Source: Trichoplax sp. H2
Taxonomy: Eukaryota
Direction: 5' to 3'
Assembly (NCBI GenBank): GCA_003344405.1
Contig: NOWV01000296.1
Span: forward strand, 1 to 59,969
DNA length: 59,969 bases
Both the position numbers and the translations under genes were made by a program. Under the pieces are notes generated by a model that did not search any database, was not told where the DNA came from, and saw only the letters and a list, made by a program, of their open reading frames with translations. Of the stretch, positions 1 through 15,700 are shown in pieces. Numbering within the stretch: position 1 is the first letter of the stretch; each line of letters starts with the position of its first letter.

Positions 1-13
1 CTCCCCATTGTAG

Positions 14-1933
<1,920 letters not shown>

Positions 1934-4900
1934 CACAGGTTTTTGATAGATTTAGATAAATTTTATTGCAAGATATACTATTTCATAAAATGCTTCAAAT
2001 CCATGCATACTATTAAATTTGGAAGGAGTTGGTGTAGAGAGATTCCTCCAGGATATTTACGTGTAAATAAAATCGTCGACTACTATTTGCTGCTAATATT
2101 TGACTTGTATTTATGCTCGGCATATTACCTACTGGAAATACTGCTCGATGCAGATCTTTTTTTGACTTCGCTCGGTGAATCTCAATTGAGAAAAGTTTAT
2201 ATCGAAAAAATTATGTATAGTTTCCAACCATCGTTAAGTTTAATATTAAAAATAGAATCCAATCCAATCCACCAGTCTAGCAAATTTATATGCCAAAGTT
2301 AAAATTGTACTACTTAATAATGCATTCAGGAATAATTTAAAACTATCGATTTACAAGTATATTTCTTTATTGCATTTCACCCACTCACGGTATAATGGTG
2401 GTATGCCAGCTGCTGCTTCAACAGCAGATATCGACGATATTAATTTAGAAATATATATTGCAATGGAGTATTTGGAATTATCCGTATTAAAGTTTAGCCT
2501 GTTTTATTCAGTGCTTTGCGGTGTAAGTATCGACCGTAAAGTTTTCTTTGATTATTTTATAAATTAGTGCTGTATAATTTTTAAATCGAATAAATTTTAC
2601 TATCTACAATTAATAATCAGTATTATTTCTTAATTGGAAAATGGGGAAATATAGACCTTACTTCTAGTTCCTGTATAAAAATCTAATGAGTACAAGAACC
2701 TCTTTAGATCACGAACCAACGTGATACATTTCGCAAGCATGCTATGAATTTCATATTAATGTCATGCTACTTCATACTAACTTAAATTTTCCATAGCTGT
2801 CAACACTAGAAAGGAAAATTGTATTGGATTAAAAGAGTTACAATTAAAGAACTTACAGCAAGTTTGAAAGATGGAATTAGCTAGAAATCGGCAAACTCAT
2901 TCGACTGCCTTTAGAAAAATCGAAACTTTATAATTGCCCGGAAATTGCCTACTGTAGCTAATCCCATGATCTCTTTGCCTTAACCTTACCTAGTGAATTT
3001 TGCAGCTGAAAGACTTAAGATTATCAATTTATTTAAATTGGATCATTAATGATTGAACTATAATGGCTGAAACCAATGGCGATGAAAACTCAAGATTTAT
3101 GCAAGGAATTGCTGAGAACGTTTAATTCAAGGATAGATCGAACGATTCTCCCTTTCATTTAGCTAGCTACACGATAATCCGATCAATGGGATTAATCTGT
3201 TCCGGTAAAGTAAAATCTTGAAATCTAAGGATTGAACGAGAATCATTGATGTCTACGCATTCATGAGAAGATCATTGGTTTGGAATGAAAAGTTTTAAAT
3301 TCTATCAGATAGTTTCTTACTTCTCCTATGGCAAACGTCGTTAACGACCATTCGACAGATATCATTCTACTGAGAGATGCGGTAATAGATAGAGAGTGCA
3401 GTACTCGCAGAGCCTAGTAACTATTCCTATTGGTTTAACTTATTCTCAAGCTCCACCTTTCCAAACACAATATCGAAATAGGATTTCACGCAATATTCAA
3501 TTTATTATTGACTAGATGATACTGTAATTGGGATGCAGTCAAGCCTGCATCTCACAGAAATATTTCTTTTCCTTAGCCAGCCTAGCATTAATACGTGTAG
3601 AATAACAAAAAATGGAACAATTTTGAATTTGTTTTTTACTCCGTATTTAACAATTCGCAAGAATTTTTGCCGATTAATTCTAATGCTGCTATTAACTTTG
3701 ATATAATAATATCTGTTACATAATTTTGATATATTAATAACCTGCAAAAAGTCATCGAAATCCTAAGTTATGTTCAGTAGAAAGATTTAAGGATTGAAAT
3801 TTTATTGAATACTTTGCACAAATATCAACTTGTCTTCTACATAATTTTAACTAAAGTAGGAAATTTTGGCATCGCCTATGAGTACTATAGAAAGCAGGGC
3901 ACTTGCATGAAGCTGTAGTAAATTTTGTTCTAATGGTCGATTACTTAATCTACTTACTCTCTAGTCTGCGATATCGACTCTAATTCTGATAAAATATTTT
4001 AATGTTACTACTCGATAATTTCACGTATAAAAATGATATCAACCAGCAATGACTTGTATGCAAGCCACAGGTTACATTTAAGCTACTTGAATTAAAGTAC
4101 AGTAATACGACAAGGCTTCATTTAAAACCTTGATCGAGGTTTTATGATAACTATGCAATTGTTTGAATAAAAATACACCAGTAACTACAGATCGTTGCGA
4201 GTTATGTGTAAAAGAAAAACTCACATTGACATTTATCATAACAAAACCTATTTGCTCAGTATATACGCGCATGTTTGCAGTAATTCTAGATTTTGAAAGG
4301 CGTCTTTAAGTGATTCTATGGATAGATTTATTTTTATAATGACTGTAGAACTACTTGATATTGTAACATAAAAGCATCTATATAGCGATAAGAGTTAAGA
4401 GTAAATAGGAAACTGTAATTAGAAGCGGTTTACTTCATCAATCGGATTTAATTTTACCTAAGAAGATTGATGGCAAAATTTGTTGACCGAAAATACACAA
4501 GTATGTTTACAGTTAAGCTAGTTATTTAATGACCTCTTTAAATGATTTTATGTCGTGATATAAGAATGCTTGTACGAGTATATAAGCAAATTGACTCCAA
4601 TATGTATGAATTAGTTATCGTTCCGTGCTTAACATTACATAGTGTTAGAAAAAACATGACAAAAAAAAACAGCCAGCTTTATTGAAGTAAAATACGACAG
4701 CTTTAGTAGAAAATATGATACAGTTTTCAACTCTCTGATGCTGTAACTTCTTATTGGTGACAGAGTTTGTCCTTCAAGCATTAAAGGAATTAAAAAATCG
4801 TAATCGTATAGAACGTATTACCAGTCTTTCAATACTTAATTCTATACGTAATATAGAACGCATATGTCAATCGTAGCAATCCTTCTTTACAATTGGAGCT

Positions 4901-4934
4901 AAAATTGCTTGCTAAGCTGGCGTTGGTGTATGTT

Positions 4935-6941
4935 CTAAATCTTTAAAGAATTCGCTAGCTCGTGGTGGATAGAGTCAACGATATTAACGAAGACACTATA
5001 TGCTTTAGATCCACATTCTGGTAAAATATCTAATAGAGCACTAAGTTTTCTATAAAGTGAGCGAAAAATAGTAAATTAGCAAGCGTAATTTATCTTCACG
5101 GAGGAGAAATTATTTCTGAATTTGATAATCCAAATAATCCCTTAATTCAGTTTATTAAATTACTTTGCTAAAATTTACGCAAAGCTCCTCATTTTATTGC
5201 TAAAGAGAAGTCTTTCTTACTTTCGATGGGTTTTCTCCGCCAATATATCTGCTTTTTGTTCTGATGTGATAATTTTTTGGCAAAACAATTCATTTAAGAC
5301 AGGATCAACGCTGTACGATAAATTCTCAAGTATATTAGTTCTGTTTTCCTGCAGACGCTCTCGATGTTTTTTTGACATACCTGTTATAGCTTTATTAAAA
5401 ATCACCGGTAATATTACTATACGAGATTATAATCAAAAATGAAATTTTTATCTACTATAACCAGTGCAATTTCTACAAAGTATTCGATCAGAGCTAATAA
5501 ACTGATGGTAATTGACAATGAATAAGGTATCTGTATCACAGAAGCATAGATAATTTCATCAGTATTTTAGCTAGTGGTTTATTTCATAAATAGCGACCGT
5601 TGATTATGACTAATCTTTTACTGTAAAGACGATAATTTGTGCTGGAAGTGGTCAAGTGAACTGCAAAATTTACAATTAATCTACAGATTTTCTACTAAAG
5701 CTAAAGAAAATTTGACTCAATCTACGGTATGTCTCGATTTAAAATGTAATGTCAAAAAACAGTTCTTCACAACAAACTGACATTAAGAGTAAAGTTCTAA
5801 CGATTCTTTAATTATTCCACTAAATAATATCCATTTGCTGACTTAGTTTAGCTATGTCTATATGATAAGGCTAATTTAATATTGAATTACTTTAGCTCAA
5901 GATAATCGTGCAGGTAAAAATGTTTAACCATAACTATTGTCTGACATCATGTAAAAATATCAATACTGTATAAATATCTTAGTGCTATATAAGCTGAAAG
6001 CAGCAAGAATAGCTATTAGAGTAGAAGAGACCTAACTTATAGTACCAGTTTGCACTCTATGATTGGTTTTCTTTTAGAGCAAACACGCATGCAATTTTCT
6101 ATAGCTTAAAATGTGCAATTTGATTTAATTACCAGGTGTTTCTATATTTTTTACGGCTCCAACCCCATCATGTGAATCTTGGCCTTGGGCAGTTGAATCT
6201 ATGATTTGATGTTAGATTAAAATATTATTAGAGATGTGGTTTAGAATTGCTATGCCTGCAATTATTTATGACGAAGGTAGGCAATATTTAATCTAAGGTA
6301 TTCAAAAGCATTAAAATGTTCTCAATAATGTAAGAAATTTTTTATTTCGCTTTTAATATTGGATATTTACGTCAGTTTAAAGTACTCTTGTAGATATATG
6401 GCAATAAAATATTTTGAAACTTCATCGTTGTAATCAATCTACTCATTCATGTATGAGCTCTTAATCAATTATCTTTATCGAGTAACCTACTAAATTATAC
6501 ATCATTCAAACTGCTGAAAAATATCAATGATCCATAATTAACATATTATCATTTTACAGCATCTACTAACGTGTACATTGCCAAAATTAATGTAAATTTG
6601 TTCTAATCTCGATTATTTTAGCTATCATTTTAAAATCATTAATTACCACCGCAAGCTTCATTTCTCAGTTTAAGACCTAAATTTTGAAGCGCTGAGGCTT
6701 GATTTCCTTGCAATACTTCACAGAATTTATCAAAATCCCTATCTTCTTTTCGCTCCAGAAAACGAAGAAATTTCGCATTCTGTTTCTTTTCTGGTTTTAT
6801 ATCTTCCAGTTCATCCATTTCATCATAATTCAAGACTTTCTTAGTATTTAAATCAATTAAGAGGTGTTTGACAGATAAATCATTAGTAAGTTTCTCCCGA
6901 TTATTATCGATTACTTTCTGAATATGATCACTTAAACCCAT
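4935..6941 (-). CDS. Gene 1: tandem CARD-CARD protein, ~211 aa
   Basis: Exons 6941-6647 (CARD1, MGLSDHIQKVIDNNREKL...KFLRFLERKEDRDFDKFCEVL), 6198-6133 (linker DSTAQGQDSHDGVGAVKNIETP), 5380-5221 and 5049-4935 (CARD2, MSKKHRERLQENR...VDPVLNELFCQKIIT...KLSALLDILPECGSKAYSVFVNIV...HELANSLKI*). All introns are GT-AG and the frame is preserved (636 nt). Confidence 0.85.
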
Positions 6942-7740
6942 AGTAGCACTGTTGGTACACCTTTGGTTTAGCTTACAATAACTTGATGCAAGATCCTATT
7001 TAAATTATAATCTGAAAAATTAATACGAATGCGAATTAATTGCGATAAAAATAAAAAATTGCTATAGATAATGATTTGAATCAAACCATGTTTGATTCTT
7101 GTTAGGCCAAGATCGACGAGATTACATTTAGTATAATTATATTTAGTATAATTAAGCCAATAATTTAGTCTATTTCCTAACAAAAGCGCGTGCTTGTTCA
7201 GCTTGATGATCTGAGAGGGTACAGGCATTTTCATAGTAGTACGCTGATACAATCTGTATATTTATCGCAGATAATTGTATTGCGCTACTAAAATATGGCC
7301 GGAAGAGAAAAACAAAGATAAAAGGAAGGTGTTTCTAATACTTAATTAGACTGAATTTTACTATATTTTGTCTACATTACTCTATCATTAAGATGCTTTG
7401 CATTGCACGATGCTTTTTTATTCTACATTCAACTTTGCTAATACAGGAAAATTAGTACTTTCGAAGGAGTAGATCTGATCACTAATTCTCTTCAGATTCA
7501 AGTTAAACAACCCTTTACATCTAGATTTCATTATCTCGCATCTTTGAAGGTGTAGGCAATCAATGACACCTTACCATAGCATCTCCACTGTGTATTACAA
7601 ACTTTCCTAGAATATAAATGCTCCGATCTATTCTTATGTTAAATTCATATTTAAGGTATATTGGTATGAATTCAAGATAATACACTAAATAGCTTGCAGA
7701 TATCGATTTGCATCTTAATATACTATAAATATAGGATGTC

Positions 7741-7925
7741 ATGGATTAAGTCTCTGCCGGTTGTTACGAACTATAATCAAACTCAACACTATATAGCGAA
7801 AGTAATTCAAGATGTAAACTTTAGTATTTATGAAATGGATTGGATATCTGCTGGTAGTTGCAAACTATAATCAAGTTTTAGATTATATAGCAAAAGAACT
7901 AAGGATATAATCTTTTAGTAGTTAT
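7741..7925. repeat. Degenerate tandem duplication, ~94-bp unit x2
   Basis: atggatt...ctgc.gg...aactataatcaa...tatatagc.aa...tttagta.ttat recurs at 7741 and 7835. Confidence 0.65.
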
Positions 7926-9154
7926 CCCATACAATTTCACCGATAAGTATCCTCAGTAGGTAATGCTAGAGGACACGATTTTTATTCAATTAGCACATAG
8001 GTTTCTCTAAATAAGTATTTTAAATCTTAATAATTATCTTTTGCTTCTAGGTCAAGCTTGGTGGTTGTTGTGCGTAAGAATCAATTAATGTTGCAATAAC
8101 GTGAACAAATCTAATTTCTAGATCATATTACTTTATAATTGAACAAGTATTCGTCGACAAGATGTTTCTGAGTTATTTTAAATTTGATGTATTATCCAAT
8201 GTTAATCCTCGAAGAGTAACAAGCGATGGCAAAAGGCCATGTCTAAATACAGGTCTAGCATATCATGCGAGCAAATCACCAAGTCATGATAACTTGAATT
8301 TATGACTTTAATGTATCCTACTTTGCACCTTAGATTAGATATTATATTACCTGATCACGTTTTAATAGTAATTAAAATTAGTAAGCTGTTAATTTTTAAA
8401 GTCTGAAGTGGACTGATCTCAATGCAAAGCCAATGCAGAATGTAGTATGAAATGTAAAATACGAAGGATGATGTAAAGAGCCCGTATAAGCAATTAAAAA
8501 TTTTTTAAGTTTTAGGTGACAAATTTACTGTAGATTAGGTGAATGGTTCTCTGGCGATGCTAATACATAAGAATGCAGCAATGTTAAAGCTATCTATAAC
8601 AAAATGGTTATTCAATGTTGATACTTGAGAATTAGTAAATAGATCCTTCATTTAAGAATTAAATTACTGAGCAATTTATCGTTTTCATAATTTCCTTTAA
8701 AGTACGAAGCAATTTCCTTACCAGCACTTTAGTCTGGTACTCCAAGTACTTCCTTCCTTGCGAAATAATCCTTCGATAGCAAAGGTCTCTAGCACGATTT
8801 CGCATCTGAAACCTATACAAAGTCCAAAAGTTGCTTGTCCACTATACTATATGCTATCATTTTTGGCATGCGCTGTGGAAATTAGCAATTACTTTCCAAA
8901 TCATTCTACTATAATAAAAAGCCTTGAGAAAATAGTATAAAATACTATAGAATTGTTTACTTAATTGACTTAGTACGTGGCGTCCATCTGTGCCACTTGC
9001 GAGTAGTGATAGAAATCATTGCAAACTATTCCAATAGCGCATACAGTAATAACGACAGGAAGAAGTTATCGTATCATTTTGGATAGCCAGCTATTGATTG
9101 ATCTAACTTAAGTTCATTAGAATAATAATAAAGCAGTGATCTAAATACTTTCTC

Positions 9155-9794
9155 GTATAGATGCTTGCAGGTCTATCTCATAATATTCACCATCAAAAGA
9201 AATAGTATGCAATACAGATGGAAGGGTGCTTCTCAAGAATACAGAATTAGATGAATGTAAAATTATAGTAAAGCCGCAAGATTACGTTAGGTCATATTGG
9301 ATAGCAAATTAAAGATTGGTCTCATCCAAGATTATTGTGAAAATAAGAAAATATTAATCTATGTAACTTTTTGCATAGATGCTTGCTGTTCTATCTCATC
9401 ATGTGCACAATTAAAGTAGACAGTATCCAGTATAGACGGAAGAGCGCTTCGTAAAAGCATGGAATGAGATGAAAATTAATTATCGTAAAATTGCAAGATC
9501 AAAGTAGGTTGTATAGCTTAACAAGCTAAAGATTGATCGGATCAAAGCTCAATAAGATAATAGGGAAATAATGATTGGAATATCAGCTCTTATAAATATT
9601 TGTTATTCTATCTTACCACGTCTACAATCAAAATAGCTAAGAGTGCTTCCAAGAATATAGAGAGAGATGAATATTAAATACAGTAAAGCGGTAATATTAT
9701 CCCATGTCTGATGGGACAGCAAACTACAGATTGATCTGGTTCAAGCGTATATAGATACTTGCTATTCTATCTCATCACGTCTACTATCAAGGTA
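9155..9794. repeat. Degenerate tandem repeat, ~160-220-bp unit, about 3.2 copies
   Basis: The unit start tagatgcttgc...ctatctcat recurs near 9158, 9376, 9592 and 9752. Copies share downstream aagagtgcttc, gagatgaa, gtaaa and aagattgatc motifs. Confidence 0.75.
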
Positions 9795-10720
9795 AATTGG
9801 AAGTAGTTCTGGGAAATGAATATATCTCCCTAATTCGTAGTGAGGATCAAAAATAACCTATTGGTTCTAAACTATAAATATCAGCGGTAGATAACCTGAT
9901 CGCAAGGTTAGAATGTATCCTATTCCGCTGCTATTGATTATAGTAATGTTAAAAGCGAGTGTATAGCCCGCAAATATAATAAAAGAATTTTTACTTTACT
10001 ATTTCGATAGCAATACACTATAAACCGCAATGTTGAAATGTAGACCTTGGAATCTAAAGTGTATCTACTTAAAAATATCGATGGATATTATTAGTTCTTA
10101 TTAAACAATTTTACGTTGCTATTTAGATAGAAATATACCACAAAGAGAATGGTGAAATCTAGACTTGGGATCTAAAGAATACATACTTCTAAATATTACT
10201 TGTAATTATTAATACCAATAATAAAATGCAATAACAAGAAATATTCTAAGTTTGCCCAATCTTCTGAATTTGAAAGCGTTCTGTTACGGTGATTGCTGAT
10301 GATAAATGTATAATTATCATAACAGAGTTTAAGACTTGATTTATTGAGGTCATTAACCATAAATCAATATTGACGTTTTCAGCCATAAGCCTAACATGGC
10401 AACAATACTGCTGGCTCTATTAAGAGGGTGATACGATTTAATTTATTATTTTATATAATGAAGCCGTTATCCACTAAGAATATTAAACAGTGATTGAAAC
10501 TATTATGATAAAACGAGTAGAAATTATAAAGCATACAGAAATTATTACTTCTAAAATGGGTTATCATACGCCTTTTAGAAGTACATATTCTGATAATAAA
10601 ACTACTCTATAGTATAGCTAAGGATCCAAACAGGTAAGGACTCATTCAACAGTTAGAAAATAGTTAAAATTTTATTGGAATTGCTATCCTATTGAAATAC
10701 TAAGAATATCCCAACTTCAA

Positions 10721-12768
10721 CTATGTATGAGTATATTGAAGCTTTTCGACGATATCTTTTCTCCCTATCGCCAATAATACTGGTGCTACAGCTGATGCAG
10801 TAAATTTTGTCGGATGTCTCTGAGAAAATTGTTTGATGACAGCAAATGCTCTATCAAATTCAGACGAATGATCTTTAGCAATAACATCGGTGTCTATGGC
10901 CATATCCAAAGCTAAGGCAAATTTCGCCCAGTCAGTTCCTATACTGCTTACAATCATCAGCACTAAATTTAGAACGATAAATTATAATATCAGCTGTAAA
11001 AATAATAGTCGAACTTAACGAAATGGAATCCCAAGTATGAATAACAATAAATTATTAGTATGCGCTTTGAGTAAAACTGCATCTTTTACAAGTCATGCTT
11101 TCTGAAGGTCATTCAGATGGTAACGAATTACTAATGAATTATTTAAGATTAGGGATTGAATTCCTTAACAAAAATCGTAATCTCTGATAAATATCATGAA
11201 TTACAACCAGCAGTCATGTCATTCACAGTCACCACATTTCTAATGCATATTAGAAGCATTGCCAGTGACAATGAACATAGAAAAGCAGGTGAGTTAAAAA
11301 TGAAGCAATGAATTTTTGATGGCACTGAGTTTCTAAAATTATCACCTTGAGGCTGGAAAAGTTGATCAGGAGCCATTTGATTAGGATTCAGTGGCGCATC
11401 CACTAGTTATTGTGAATGCCAATAAATTAGAAATGTAATTTTAAATTTATGATCATAATTTATTCGATAAAATAGCTTCCATTTAACCAAAGCAACGCTT
11501 CAACTCATGATATATGAATATAGAAAATCTACCTTCATCTCCTGAATGCTTTCCTTTAGAAGAACCTATAATGAGCAATTCCAAATGTCTCATATTAGCT
11601 ATATGTATGTAAAGGTGTTAAATAACACACAAATATAGGGGATATAATTTCAAGTAAAAATAGCTAACTAAAGTCTATAATTTCATTTTCACATATGACA
11701 TGATAATCCATTTAATGCGTAATGGACTAGAAAGTAAGTTATTCATTCGATAAAAATTTCTACTTTATAGCTCGATATGTTTCCTATAGTAAGATTTTAA
11801 ACTTTATGCATAAATGCTGTATCTTAAAAATCAGCAATTCATTCAATATGGCTGAGTTTTATCCATAGAGTATCTTATATGATAATCTTTTATGCAATTA
11901 AAGGAGTTATTTGTTGAAGACAACTGGCATTTACTTTTATCGTCTGGATATAAAGAAACAATTCCACCACCTGCCGGATTGGGGTCTGATAATGAAGACT
12001 TACTAGCTTTTCCACCTTCCAGAACAAAAGAATACATGTCGATAATAATAATAATTGATATATAGATTAGTTTGTCAAGTCACATTTATTAAGACGAAGA
12101 GCATAGAATTTATGACTAATTTGCTGGGTATATCTTGCAAAAATCTAGTTGGTTTTTACTATAATAAATCTATGATATTGCTCTAAAATGCTGTGTCTAG
12201 CACACAAACAACTAGGACAGTTTATGATTTTGATAATTTAGGAATCTATCTAAATTTGAGCAATTACTAAAAACTATAATTTTTTTCTGATTTGATATTA
12301 GTATTCAGGAATGAGTTACAAATTTCGGAGATAACAATTCTAGGCTAATTATTTTTCTTTAGTCATATCATAATATCGTTTTAAGTTGGTCTATCTACAA
12401 GAATCTAATAGGTAGCCAAGGGTTACTACGTCGGTAAAACAAAAATTTGAATGAAACGCTTTATGTAATTACGTATTCTTACTAAAACTTTCTTTTTCCA
12501 TTAGTTTTCCTAATTCCTGAATTGCTGTGGCTTCCGATCGTTGCAATAGATAGCAAAATTCAAGCCAGTTTTCATCTGATCGATTCTCTAAAATTCTTAT
12601 AAACTGAAGGTTTAGACTTTTATCCTGTTGAATCAAATATAGTTTATCTGATTCATCATAGGTAATAATTCCAATTAAGTCCGGCAAGATGGTCCTAACG
12701 TTTATTTCCTTCATAATCCGATCCCTATATTTAGTTAGAACTGCCCGGTTTTTATCGTTTAATCCCAT
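10721..12768 (-). CDS. Gene 2: CARD-linker-Death domain adaptor (RAIDD/CRADD-like architecture), ~232 aa
   Basis: Exons 12768-12483 (CARD, MGLNDKNRAVLTKYRDRIMKEINVRTILPDL...), 12015-11935, 11565-11533, 11402-11346 (phase-1 linker exons of 81, 33 and 57 nt) and 10962-10721 (DD, IVSSIGTDWAKFALAL...FDRAFAVIKQF...LLAIGRKDIVEKL). In frame, 699 nt. Confidence 0.85.
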
Positions 12769-15700
12769 GATAAAAAAATTTGCTATTACTGGATTTTTAT
12801 TCCGAAATTCAAAATACGAGTTATTTGATCCAGAACAGATTCTAGGTAGCGATGGTGAAATACAGATCAAGACTTGGCTTAATGTTTGTTGGTCTTTAAG
12901 GAGGTAACTTGTTAAAGAAATCAGCTAAAGTATCGTAGTAAAAAGATACATTTTAAAATTTGTTAGTGACAAAAGCAAATGTCAATCAAAGATATCAAGC
13001 AAGTAATTAACGACATAAGCCATTTATCTAATATTGCTTGCATTGTTCTTTTCTAGTAAAAATATTAATAGCTTCTGAAGTATAGTGAGAAAGGAATAAG
13101 TAGTCATTTTGTTCAATTAGAAATATCAAATAAAGATCGTCAACAAATATATAGTAGCTCGTTCCAGTTACGTTCGTTCTTGTGTACTTTATAAGCCAAA
13201 TATTGTGTAGATTATTATAGATGCAAAATAACTAGCTAATCATCAAAATTTTTCTTTAGACTAGTTAAGTTTACGTCTTTTAGGAAGGCTCATTGAATGT
13301 CTTTTTAATCTTTAATTGCTTAGCTCCAGTATTTCATGATGTAAGGCAGTTAGGTAAATATAAGAATCTTATTAACTTAAACGATACAATGATTGTGGTA
13401 ACGGAACTTTTATAGAAGATACCAAAAATATTTCCTTCTTAATTTATTTCTGAACTATTAAAATGAAACTAGACTGTTCAGAATCCAATGGATACTTTTA
13501 CTCCTATTTATTAACAAACTTTGGAAAATTCCATGCTGCATGAGTTAAGATGTTACTTTAAATACGTTTTAAATCACGATATTAACCAAAAAATTGCTAC
13601 AAGTAAAATAGGCATCATGAAGTAGCGAACAGATCAATTTGAAGATAATTGCAATTGATGAATTTTTAATCCTGACCTAATGTTATGAGTACAGCTTGAG
13701 TATTATGTAATTTATTAATAGGCAAAATTATAAACCGTAAGAAATCCGCGAAGCAGAAGCAGTAAACCTATTGCTCATGAATGTATTTCTCTTCAGAAAT
13801 TGGCATTTGGTTTCCAAAAGCTGGGGATTATTTCATTAGCAGAACGAAATAATTTTTTATACTTGAATGTTTTCTTGTGATTTAATCCCCATATTTACGT
13901 TATCTGAGCTAAGAATTATTGATAACGTTCTCTGAAGCAGGTAATAATGATATTTTAGATCTTGCAGATATTATAAATTAGGTATTATAGATTATAGATA
14001 AGTCCTAGAGGCTCGTAGAAAATAAAACTTTCCTCTTTTGATATTTAATATTTGAAATCAGAGCAGATTCATGATTAGCATGACTACATGCAACTTAGAC
14101 AGTCTAACTGATTGAAAATCGTATCTTGCACAAATAAGTAAAAATAGTTTTCGTAATTCCACTACTAACTGAAGTATTGACTTCAAACTCATCAATGTCA
14201 AGTAAGATAATCATTAGATTAAAATATCGAACTAACTAAACGTGTAAATTACCTTTAGCCAAATGGTACGCTTGCGGAGTTTATGCTAGTTCTAGATGAA
14301 GACAAACCTTCTGTACGACTTAAGACGAGAGGAAAAAGATTTTATCTAATTTGTATCATTGCAGCCCCCAAATTTCCGGAGAATGAACAATTGGCGCTGT
14401 TGCTTTCAAATAATTGTAAATAGATCTAAAAAGGGCAAATGGCCGTCATAGCATTGCATCTAAATTATCTGGCCAATCAATTAAATGATACATTGTCGTA
14501 TAATAATGAAGGGCAAGACAGCCTATTATTCAAATCGATATTGTGATAACAAAAAGGCAAATTTCTATATTTTATCGGCTGTACTAGAACATTCTATCTT
14601 AGGGAATGGAAGATGCTTTTATTAACTATAAAACTATCGAGTATCTGCTTTTGATTATAAAAATATAAAAGACGATTTAAAAATTTGGGGGACATTGTGA
14701 TAACATCAGCCCACCTGATACAACTTTAATGGATTCCGGAAAATAATCTTACTGAAGCAGAATAAAATGTGGCTAACTCTCTTAGAAAATTATTCATTAT
14801 GAAGAATAATTAAATTATAGTAGGTCATAAATTCACCTATACTGATTGCAAGTCCATTTTTTTCGATCATTATTATCTAATCTATTGGAATAGAATTTGT
14901 CTAAGTTTCATATACTCGCAATAGTAATGTGTAGTATATCAGTTAGATGGCGAATACACTTTTGCATTACGTTACACTTTTGCAATATAAGGTATTCCAA
15001 GTACTATTTTTAAATTGCAACTTGTAAGCCAATAATTTCCTGTAAAATTAAATTTTACAGTTGCTATAAGCGTAGTTAGAGCAACAAACATTTCAAAATT
15101 AGCCCTATAGTGGATAATGGAAACTAGTTCAATGTAAAGCCTTTATTAAATTTTTCACTGATGCTTTAACTTGAGCTAGAAGTTTTGATTAACCAAATAA
15201 GAAAGTCATAATAAACACCTGTTATAGGCACTAAAGCTCATTATTAACGTACGCTTATTACGAAATTGTAGGCTTGTGCTGCTTCAAAGATTATGGTAAG
15301 GAATCTGACACGAAAATCGTATTTTAACTTGCTCTTGTACGCGTAGGCCATTTTACTACTTTAATTTAGAAGGCTCTGTTATAGAATGCGAATATGATAT
15401 TGAGAAATTATCACCTACTGAAGTCTTAGGTAACTATTAAGAAGTAGTTCTAGGAAAAGGCTAGATATATCGTAATATGTGAACAGGTATACCATACGGC
15501 GATGTCATATAATATCTGTACAATACTACTGTTCATTGCTAATTTTACTAACATCGAAGTAGATTTAGTACAAGTAATACATTTTTGTTTAATGCTTTGG
15601 AACAAATAATTACCAGTATAGTAGATAATTCTGCTTATATCCAACGTCTATTAGTTACTACAAGGGTACTTCTCATTTGCCATTTGTATATCCAAAAGTA

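Noticed and set aside
1943..4272. Short ORFs downstream of EARS2, including 3505-3747 with a KIVP/KFLRI resemblance to CARDs
   Set aside because: The motifs are in the wrong order, there is no consistent domain, and the composition is typical of AT-rich non-coding DNA.
5197..5442. Plus-strand ORFs opposite real exons (also 12689-12907, 24096-24284, 31736-32008, 32559-32813; minus-strand 54798-55082)
   Set aside because: Antisense shadows of CARD, gene 5 or scramblase exons.
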